Positions 39,573 through 51,600 of a stretch of DNA of 64,000 nucleotides are shown piece by piece. The translations under genes were made by a program, and so were the position numbers. The number at the start of each line of letters is the position of its first letter. Position 1 is the stretch's first letter. A model generated the notes under the pieces. It saw only the letters and a program-made list of their open reading frames with translations, searched no databases and was not told the origin of the DNA. Location of the stretch: positions 2,046,001-2,110,000 of the forward strand of contig OZ024753.1 in the NCBI GenBank assembly GCA_964016885.1, read 5' to 3'. This stretch comes from Eledone cirrhosa. Its lineage: Eukaryota.

Positions 39573-42500
39573 TATATACGAACAGCAGTTTTTAGACACA
39601 CTAGACTAATGAAACATTAGTTAATACTTTGAATAAACCCTATTGTACAGCCGATCCGTATTATTTTTCACTCATTTACTATATATATATATAAAGAATT
39701 TGAAGTTTGAAAGCCACGACAATACAAAATGGACAGAAGAAGAGCTCTTAATCTCAAAATATCAGGACATATAAATATATTAAGGTAAAAAAGACACACA
39801 ACATCTTGTTTCTTTCATCCGACTCATTTGTTTATCCATCCATTTCACATTATTGTGGCTTTCAATCTTCAAATCTTTATACCATATACAATGCTTCAAG
39901 TAAACTACAAATTCCTCCTTATATATATATATATATATAATTATTTTTTGAGATTTTTAGTAATATTTCCTATGCTTCAGTTAACCCTTTCTTGCCCAGA
40001 CCACATTTCTAATGTATTTTATTTAACTAATGAAGAATTTTAAGGATTTATTAATTAATTCATTCATTATTGAGGGTGTAAATAGAGGATTTTGAATTGG
40101 CTGAATAATTAGGTGTGTTGGACAACTGCTTTGCAGTATATGTTTCAAATCTTTATGATCTGAGTTCAAAAGCCGCCATGGTCAACTTCTCCTTTCATCC
40201 TCCTGAGGTCAATAAGAAAAAGTACCAGTCAAATACTGGGGTTATTGTTATCAACCTTTCCTCTGTCTCCGAATTTATTGGCCTTGTGCCTAAATTAGAA
40301 ATCATTATTAAGGTGGCATTCGTAACATAATGTTCTAATTATTTTAAAAGGTTTAAATTTAAATAGGAACTCTTTAAAATGTATGGTTTTGTTTCATAGA
40401 ACCAGAAATGGTTTGGGTGGATTGATACCAAAAAGGTTGAATATAATTAATCTAAAAAAAAAATATGTAAACCATCTTGAGAATTTTTTTCATTTTTTTT
40501 TCTTTTGTTTACTTTTTAATCTAGAATATTTGACTCGCAGCAAATTGAAACTGAACAAGAAAGCCACTCTGTGTTTTTCACTTTCCAGTTCTACAAATAT
40601 CCACCAGTAACTACAGAACGGCAAGTTCACTAACCATATTTATTTCTGATATTTTATCACAGAATTGTTCATTGGATATGAAACATCTAATTAATTAATC
40701 TAAATTATACATTAACATCGTCCTTTTTTCTTTCATTCTCTTTATATCCTCTCTTCCATGCTTGCATGTGTTAGGTAGTCTTCTTCAACAGAGCCACATT
40801 CCACTTGCTATACTCCTTCATCATCTCTATACATTCACTTGTCATTGCTAAGGCTTTAAAAATAAAATAAAAATAATAATAATGTCCCAACTATGTATTT
40901 TCATCAGCAACCCTAAAACATACGAAATGTGGATTAAATAGTAGTGTGCAGGAGAGAAGACTGCGTTGGTATGGCCATGTGATACGCATGGAAGATGACC
41001 GCTGGGTGAAGAAGTGCCAAGAAATCCTGGTGGAAGGAAGACGCAGTAGAGGAAGACCATGAAAAACATGGGAAGAGGTGGTGAGAGCTGACCTCAGATC
41101 GCTGAAGCTCACAGAGGAGATGACGAAAGGAGAGAGATGCTGTGTTGAAGAGGACCCGTCCCACCTTTGCAAGCAGGGAAAAGCAGACATATAATGATGA
41201 TGATGATGATCATCATCATCTGAGAAATCATTTCACTAAGTGTACGTCTATCAAGCACTTGCTACACATTAAATACATCAACCTCATCATCATCACCTGG
41301 TGAACTGGATGCTTTTTGTTGTGGCACCAGCACTAATGCCTTACAGCAGGGTTTCCCAAACCTTTTCAAACACAGAACCCTTTTTAGTTCAGAAACTTTT
41401 GGGGGAACCCCAAAGTCTAATACTGTTATATGGTCGTAATATAAAATATAAAACTCTACCTTTTTTCATGACAGACATTCCTTTGCAGAACTCTTGAGTT
41501 CTGTGGAACCCACTTTAGGAACCACTGTCTTACAGGGTAGACTGGATGCTTTTTATCATGGCACCCGCACTACTGCTTTACAGTGTAGACTGGATGCTTT
41601 TTATCATGACACTGGCACTAATGCCTTACAAGATTGAGTGGGTGCTTTTTATTGCGGCACCAGCACTACTGCCTTACAGAGTAGACTGGGTGCTTTTTAT
41701 CATGGCACCAGCACTACTACCTTACAGGGTAGACTGGGGGCTTTTTGTTGTGGCACCAGCACTACTGCCTTACAGGATAGACTGGGTAATTTTTATCATG
41801 GCACCAGCATTACTACCTTACAGGGTAGACTGGGGGCTTTTTGTTGTGGCACCAGCACTAATGCCTTACAAGGTAGACTGGGGGCTTTTTGTTGTGGCAC
41901 CAGCACTAATGCCTTACAAGGTAGACTGGGGGCTTTTTGTTGTGGCACCAGCACTAATGCCTTATAAGGTGGAGTGGGTAATTTTTGTTATGGCACCAGC
42001 ATTACTGCCCAACAGGGGGGAGTGGCTGCTTTTCTGCAACAAAATAATAATATGTACATTTATATAATGTGGAATTACCTTGTTATTTTCTTCTCTTCTA
42101 CAGATTGCTGTTATGTAAAGTAAAAGACAAGAAAGGAATAAAAGATAGGAAAAAAGGAGTGAATTGTCACACCAGTTTTAGTATATTACACAAAATAAAT
42201 AAAGATGAACTGAAATCAAAAGGTTCAGCTGGTTTCGAAGTTAGTTCTTGTTTGTTTGATCCTGTCGATAAAAGTTTGTTATTGCTTAGTAATTTGTTGT
42301 AAAGAATCTGGAAAGAAGTATGTTTATTATTGTTATTATTTTTGGTGGATTGGCAGTATTGATAGTGTCGGACAATATGCTTTGTGGCTTTGAGTTATGG
42401 CCTTTTACGTTCTGACTTCAAGTACCACCGAGGTTAAATTTGCTTTCCATCATTATCTATATATATATATATGTGTGTGTGTGTGTAAGAGACAAATTGA

Positions 42501-42615
42501 TAGAAAGCTCAAATAAGTGAATAAGCAGCAAATAAAAAGTTGAGAAATATAGAAGAAGCCACTTGGTGTGATATTTTAAATAGAATAATTTCAGCTGAAT
42601 ATTTCCCTAAATACA

Positions 42616-42687
<72 letters not shown>

Positions 42688-45600
42688 GGAAGAGACCTGC
42701 TTTCTCGAAGAATTTTTTTCTGTTTTTGCCCCTGCTCACTCTCCTCTGTCTTTTTATTTCTTCTTTAATTTCTCATTCTATTTTCTGATGAAGGACTACC
42801 ATCCAAAAGGTTAAGACACTTTTCCTACTATATCAAGTGTAAAACTATATTTCTTCATTGTACTGTGATGTTTGCTTTGTTGTTTCTTTTTACTCTTTAC
42901 ATTTACATAAATACATATATATATATATTGAAAACAAAGGTCTTTACACAGTAATAACCATTTCACAGATAGGTGGCTAAGGATCTATATAAATGCTATA
43001 GACCCAACTCCAGCCCAATCTGCTCATCAGACTTGTTAATCAAGCAAAGCCAAAATCTCATCTAACTGCACCCCATTATATTATCGAGTTCAAATCCCGC
43101 CGAGGTTAACTTTGCCTTTCATCCTTACGGGGTCAATAAAATAAAGTACCAGTAATGTACTGGGTAATTGCTGGCCTTGTGCCAAAAGTAGAAACAATTA
43201 TATTATTATTATATATATATATATATATATATAGATAGATGTGCTTTTTTTATCATTTTTTCTAGATTCGTTATTTTGTTGATCCATGTTTCTTAAAACT
43301 CGGTGAATTCCCGCTGTTCCTGCAGTATTTAGAACACCAAATTCTCCATATTGATGTCTGGAATGGAGATTCTTTACTCTTGCTTGGCTCTTCCTCTGTT
43401 CCTTTAAAGGTGTAGTTACACTTATTTAATATCTATTTGTTATTGTTTCAACTCAGACATTTCAAATCTATCCTTTTCATTGCCATACACTATGTATGAT
43501 ATTTTAATAATACTAAAATTATTCAAGAATTTTCATTATTAAACTAGTGTTTGGTACATACCAAATATACTCAAATATATGCCAACTGCCTCCCCTATTG
43601 TATGTCTGAGAAATGGGCAAAAATCCAAACCCCATGTATAAACTGAGACAGCCAATCAACACATTGTTTAGATAGTGTGTAAAAGCTGACCAACCCCCAT
43701 TTTACTATCAATGTTTTGGGTCTCATATCCATTGGCTTATATTTGAGTGTATATATGGTAATTTAATAAATGTTTTTACATAAAATTATGTTGGTAAAGT
43801 TTTAGATAAATATAAACACTTTAAAATAAACAGTTTGTATTGTCGAAAAATTTGTTTTTTTAGTGGTTTTGTATTAGTAAGTTTAACCTTTTGAGACTAA
43901 CCTGCCTGAAACTTACCCTTGTTCTGCGATAAAACTGTCTTTTAAAACTTTCCATCATGATATTATGTAAGAACTTTGAACATTTTTACGGACAAAACCA
44001 ACCAACAGGAGACCCAGGGGTAGACCCCGAGCAAGATGGTTGCATAACATCCATGAGCTCAGCTGGTCTCACTTGGGGATCTAGATGGATTAATTGGGGA
44101 TGGTTACTCCTGACAAGACCCACTGGAAAGTGTGTTTGAGGACTCTGCTCCAATGACCCTCCCAGAAATAAATGGATGAAGAAGAAGAAGAACTTTGTTG
44201 CTGTTCTAAACATCAACTTAATGAAAACATTATTCTGACTAAAACCCTCCAAATTCTTTATTATTTTCAATATTAACCAAAACACACTGAATGTATTTCA
44301 TGATAAATATGGTCATGAAAGGGTTATAATTGTTTTCTTTTCATTTTGAACCAGTACCTATGTCGAAAAGGAAACGAAGCTGTGCAGTGTTCTGTGGAAT
44401 TGGATATCTTGGTCACGGAATCATCTGGAGAGCTTCAAGAAATAGGTGAAGATATTGGCAAACTACGGGGCATTCAGCCATATGGTTCGACTGCAGTTTC
44501 TAAAGGACAGCTGCACTTGAGAATGGCTAATGTTGGACATCCACCCAAGAATGCTCAAGAATCTAAAAAAGGTGAGTGACATATATCCATTCAAAAACAA
44601 CCAGCAAAATGACCGCCAAAACTACCAAATTCGTTAGCACCACCACAACAAAATAACATAACCATACATATACATACACATTCATACATACATACACACT
44701 CATACACTCACATACATACACACATACATACACACACATGCCCATACATACATACATACACATACATACATACACACTCTCTCTCTCTCACACACGCACA
44801 CACACATACAGAACAGAATATATTTGAATTTGTCTTTTCTTTTCTTCAAGTAGTAAATCAAATTCCTCTAAAGAAATATGTGATAATGTCTCACCTGACT
44901 GGAGAATCAGAGTTCCATGGTGGGAGCTTGACAACGAGAAATAAACATGGTAAGTTACAGTATATCATAAGTATCTAGTAAGTAGGTAAGTAAAGACACC
45001 CTTCGGTCATGAATGACCAAGTGTTTTGTACCTAGAAATTTCCCCTCCGAGGTACAAGTCTGGCCAAGGTTGTTTGTGGAAGACCAGCAGTTGCCCATGC
45101 ATACCTGTCTCCTCTCTCTATGCTCCACCACTTTGCAGAGTGGACTGGGTGCATTTTGTTGTGGTACTTACACTACTACTTTACAGGGTGTACTGGGTGC
45201 ATTTTATCATGGTACCAGTTCTAGAGAGGTCATCAGATTCTAGGTTGAACTGAAGAGTCCTCTCAAAGCTTATATTGCCTCCATTTAGTTGCCACACACT
45301 ATGGCGTCTGTTCTCTCCCCATTTTTACGTTTAGTAGTATAGAGCTTGAGGATGGGATCATCATCATCATCATTGTCGTTTAACGTCTACTTTCCATGCT
45401 AGCATGGGTTAGATGGGTTGTCCCATTTGGGGCAAGTTGGGTGGTGACCATGCCCTGCTCATACAGAACTGTTTCTGGCTAGATTTCTACAGCTGGATGC
45501 CCTTCCTAATACCAACCACATTTACAGTATGTGCTGGGTGCTTTTTGCTGTGACTCCTGCACGATCACTTTACCGTGTGGGTTGGGTGCTTTTTGTCAGG

Positions 45601-48600
45601 ACCCCTACACGACCACTTTACAGTGTGGGCTGGGTGCTTTTTTTCGTAACACCTACATGACCAGACTACAGTGATCATTGAACTCAGCCTGTCAGTAGCA
45701 GATATGTGACACTTTTCAGATCCTTTCTACTGGTATTGTATCATCTAACTGATTAATGTAATCCTGTTGCAGGCATTGGTGTTAAGAAAAAGATTTCGTT
45801 GGCCAACCATCTTCTACATACAAATCCTGAACTGGGGACTGTTATAACATCTCGGAAGACATTTCCAGTTCCTGGTGCACCTGCCAGCCTCAAGGAAGAC
45901 AATACTCTTGAGCGGAAACGTAAGCTTGCCAGAATGGAAATGGTGAAGAAAGAGTTATCAACTGACGCGAAACCAGCTATAGTTCTGGTAGGTATTATTT
46001 CATTTCACCCTTTTTATTTTAGATGATACTAGCAGAATGGCCCGGCGTTGCTCGGGATTCTAAACATAGATTGGCATGTTTATCCCTCCTTTCTGAAACA
46101 GTTTCGTCGTATCCAGCCCCACACTGTAAATGTGGTTGGTGTTAGGAAGGGCATCCAGCTGTAGAAAATCCGCCAGATAGTCCTATGCGAGCAAGACAAT
46201 CACTCTTGCCTCAAGTGGGGAAAACCCCCGTCCAAACCCATGCAAGCGTGGAACACGGACGTTAAACGTTGATGATGATGATGATGATGTTCACCAATTG
46301 ATGCAGAAGTCCTAATAAAAAGTGAAGTCGCCTTGAGTGAATAGGCAAATAATTTTCCATTAAGATTTTTCAAAAGCATGTAATTGCGTTCCCTCTTTTT
46401 TTTGTTGTTGTTTTGCCTGCTTTTGGTGTGATAGCGGCCGTTGGTCGTACTACTACCACAGTCTCGTCCTTCTTCAGCCAATCGTGTATATCTCCTTCTG
46501 CCTCGTCAGCAATGAGAACAATATTTGCTCTAGGGTTCTTATATATTTGATATATATTTATCCTTATTGAGCCTCGTGAAATAAATACGTTTGTTTATAT
46601 TTTGTTATTGTGTATGCAAAAATATCTGTACACGAATATATATATCATCATCATCATTTCATTTTATGTCCACTTTTCCCTGCTTGCAAGGGTGGGACGG
46701 GAACTGATTCTGGCTTGATTTCTACAGCTGGATGCCCTTCCTAACACCAACCTCATTTACAGTGAGTGCTGGGTGCTTTTTTGCCGTGGCACCTCCACGA
46801 CCACTTTGCAGTGGAATGATAGGGACCCCAGTCCCTATCATCTCATCTCTACAGCTGAGTAAACTGGAGCAATGTGAAATAAAGTGTCTTGCTCAAGGAA
46901 ACAACACATCACCCGGTCTGAGAATTGAACTCACGACCTTTCGATTGCAAGGCCAATGCTCTAACCATTAAGCCATGTGCCTCCATTATATATATATATA
47001 TTAAAATAACAGATTAAAGTTTAAGCAAAGAATTGCTGCTTTCACCCTTAACAGGATCTTCTGAAACTAAAATAATCAATCTGTGAACGCAGAAGTAAAG
47101 ATTTTGAAAAACGTTACACACTATATATATATATACGCACACACTATATATACATATATACACACACACACAGATAGTGTCATAATGCAGACAGCCAGAC
47201 ATACAGACAGATATTATAAGGGTGCGACGTAATAGCTATCTAATGTGGTCCCTAGGGCATTGAAAATTTGAAATATTTTTTGCTCAAAACACTTACAGGA
47301 CCATACGTATTACATGTGTAAAGTTTGAAAAAAATCGGTTGGGTGGTTCTCGAGTTTTAGGGAGTCAGACAGACAGACAGACATTCTCTGTTTTAGATAT
47401 ATAGATATCGGATTGGCTTATTAGTAGAAAAAGCAGTAGTGTGGGATTCATTACTGCCATTGTATCCACTCTTTGTGACATTACATTTTACTGGCTCAGT
47501 TCAGATAATTGTACATGTGTATGTGTCCACAACTCCTGATGGAGTCATAAGAGACACTATAGTGTCATACAGAGTGGACTTGAGCACTTTAAACCAGGCA
47601 GAGCTCATTCCCTCTCCAGGTCTGAACACAGCTAATTCCTTCTAGAGAAAGAGATGGGGAGTGTGATAGAGAAGAAATGAGAAAGAGATATAGAGGAATA
47701 ATCTACCCCAGTACTGGACTCTTAATTTTTTTTATGGACCCCAAAAAATTAAAAAGCAAAATTAACACTGGATGGGTTTCGAACTTAGCACACATAAAGC
47801 TAGAACAACAAAGCATTTCATTCCACTTTTTAATGACTCTGTCCATTCGTTGCCTTGCAGGAGAGATAAACCGGTAATTTAATAAAGGTTGAGTGTGATG
47901 ATATCTTTTCTTTTACCCTTGTCTTTTGACAATATTGTATCTATATTGTCTGTTATACTGAGAAAATTAATATATGACAAGTAACGTGCGAGGGAGTTAG
48001 AGAGATGAATGAACACTGAAAGTAACTGTCGTCCTAAGTGCAGCATTTGTATAAAATAAAATTTTTTTTCCATTGCTTTGAACATGAACAATATAATGAA
48101 CCGTTTAGTCAAATACAGGAATAGCGAATTCATTTGTATTATACATTTTGATTTACTTACCATTCGTTTCCCAAAGTGGTATATTCCCAAATTTTCATGT
48201 ATGACAAGAGACACTCTAGTACAAATGAAACGAAAACCATTATCTCCCTTATATGATTCAACAACTTTTAAAATAAGAGTTGCTTCCCTCATTCAAGAGA
48301 CGTAACTCTATGGTAATAGTTGCACTTTTCTCACAAAGCCCAGGTCTGTGAAATGTGCAGTATTCTTTTACTGGTTTCATTTATTAGACTGTGACCATGC
48401 TGTGGTACCACCTTAACCCTTTAGCATTTACATTACTCTGTATTTACTATTGTATTTTCATGGTAAAGTGTTTACCTCACATAATTATCTCACATAATAT
48501 CGAATCTATGAGATTTTGATATTATTTATTTTGAAAACAATACCTTAACATCAGTATGAGTGGCTGATTACAGCTGGTTTGAACAGAAAGAGGTGAGAGA

Positions 48601-51600
48601 ATTCTAGCCAGATACGGCCAGTTTAAATGCTAAAGGGTTAAAGATATTTAGTCAATCAAATTGATCCCAGTAATTATCGTTTTGAATTCTTCTACTTATT
48701 TTATCAATCTCTTTTTGTCAAACAACTAAGTTATAGAATATAAACAAAGACATGGACACACACACACACTCACATTCACGTACATACATACGACAAGCTT
48801 CTGCACTGTCTCTGTCAACCAACTTTCACTCACAAGGCATTGGATCAACAAGCTGTGGTAGATATCACTTTCTCAAGGCGCCATCAGTTAACTGATCTCA
48901 AAACCACACACACACACACACACACACATACACACACACACACACACATACACACACACACACACACACACGCATACAGACACACACGCACACATGCATA
49001 CAGACACACACACATATTCATACAGACACACTCACATGCATACTGACATACACACACACACACACATATGTATACAGATACACACACACACACACATATG
49101 AATACAGACTTGCTGTCTTTTAAGTTATTAATTTCTTTTTAACTTTCTTTCTTTTTTGTACAAGCCCATCAATGGGTATTTATTTTTCTGTTAGTCATGT
49201 TTATTGATTTTTCTATTAGTAATGATTGGTAAACTTCTCCACATTTTCAGTTATTCAAAGACATGAGATTTACCACCATAACTTGCTCCTCTAATGAACA
49301 ATCTCCTTCTCATTTTGAAATTCAACTAAAAAGTGATAAAGTCAGGAAATACACAAACTCTTCAATTTTATGAGTATTTAATAATAATAATGAAATTATT
49401 GTGTACAGTGCTCAAGTGCACTACAACTCATCAAAGGTGCATGTATAGTCCATAGAATAATGTACAAATGTCAGGAAAATGAACAGTGTATGAGTCATGA
49501 TATAATAATAATAATAATAATGAAATATTGTGTACAGTGCCCAGGTGCACCACAACTCATCAAAAAAGTGCATGTACAGTACATAGGGCAATGCACAAAC
49601 ATCAGTAAAATGAACAGTGCACGAGTCATGATACACACATGTGTGCATGTGTATGGAAGGGGTACATCAGGTGTAGTTTTGGCGTATTTCGGGAAGCATG
49701 AGTGTCATGCTTTTGATCTGTATTTTGTTATATTCTAAATTCTCACCAAATTTAAACTTCAGTTTTGATTTTGATAATAATAATAATGAAATTATTGTGT
49801 GCAGTGCTCAGGTGCACTACAACTCATCAAAGGTACATGTAAAGTACATAGAATAATGTTCAAATGTCAGGGAAATGAACAGTGTATGAGTCATGAAATA
49901 CATGTGTGCGTGTGTGTGGAGGGGGGGTATGTTCATACAATAATCTGTGAGATAATTGTTATATTATAGCATGTTGTATAATAATTTCATATGTGATATA
50001 TATATACAACAAAATTAAAATAAGAGAGCAATTAAACAATTAAATAGAAGCATCACACTGTTGTAATGAGTTAGTGTGGGTGCCATGATAGAATGCACCT
50101 AGCCCATTTTATAAAGTGGTAGTGCTGGTGCCATGATAAAAAGTAACAAGTCCAACCTAAATGGCAGTAGAGATGGTGCCACAATGGAAAGAAACCTAAT
50201 CCATCCTATAAGGTGGTAATACTAGTACCATGACAAAAAAAACCCAGTTCACTCTGTAAGGTGGTACTGCTGGTGCCACAAAACAATGCTCCCAATCATC
50301 ATCATCATCATCATCATTGTTTAACGTCCATCTTCCACGCTAGCATGGGTTCCAATATATGCTGTAATATTTTTGGCATTAGAAAGAACATCCAGCTATA
50401 GAAACTCAGCCAAAAACAGAATGTATAAGCATGATGTGTTCACCTGATCCATTTAGCCACAGAACATGACAATCTATCTCAAGCATGCAAGCAGGGAAAA
50501 TAAGTGTTAAATGGTGATGATGATAAATAAATAACTATAGCCTAAATTTGGAACAATTACTGGTACAGCCATTTAAGTTGTCTGTAATAATTCCTTACTT
50601 GGCCAAAATAATTCTGGAACATAGTAGCTAGAAAAAGAACAGGACAGAAAAAGTTCAGAGAGCTACTATGGGCATGTGGTTAGAATGTCTCAGGAAAGAA
50701 TTGCTGGAGACCCAGGGGTAGACCCCGAGCAAGATGGGTGGATAACATCCATGAGCTTGGCTGGTCTTGCTTGGGGATCCAACTGGATAAGTTGAAGACA
50801 GTTGCTTCTGACATGACCTGCTGGAAAGAGTGTTTGAGGACTCTTCCCCCATGACCCTCTCAGGAAGAAGTGGGCGAAGAAGAAGAAGAAGAAGAAGAAG
50901 AAGAAGAAGAAGAAGAAGAAATGAAATACTTGAAACACCCAGCAGTATTTGAACCCACAATTTAAAGGGATTAAATAAAAATACTCAAAGGCATTTTCTT
51001 TGGATCTCTACACTTTTTGACACCCCTCTTCTTTTAAAGAAACTTTCTTTTAAAATAGTAATGCTAGTAGTTTCCACTATAGACACTAGGCTATAAATTT
51101 TGGAGAAAGGCCAAATTGATTAAATATATTATTTAGTTAATTAAGAACATTATTTTAATCAATTCTGGATAAATGAAAGCAAAGTTAACCTCAGCAGGAA
51201 TTGAATTCAAAATCTAAAGAACCAGAACATATACTGATTTGTAATTTAGACACAAGATCAGCAAATTTTTGGGAAGGTGAAAATGGATTAAATCAACCTT
51301 AGTATTTGACTGGTACTTTATTTTATTGACCCTTGAAGGATGGAAAGCAAGGTTGACCTCGGCAGGATTTGAACCAGAATAAATATTGCCAGTAATTTTC
51401 TCCAATACTCTAATGATTCTGCCAGAATCTCAACTGCCAGAAAATTCTATTCAATGATAAATAACAACATGGGTTATTAACAATATAACTATTTTGTTTG
51501 TGTGTGTGAGTTAGGGTGGTGGTGGTGGTGGTGCATGTGAATATGTGGGTGTGCACATTTGTGTGTTTGGGGTGGTGGTGTATGTGAATGTGTGGGTGTG

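Noticed and set aside
41546-42067. 173-aa hydrophobic repeat ORF
   Set aside because: Read-through of a 48-bp minisatellite derived from a dispersed repeat.
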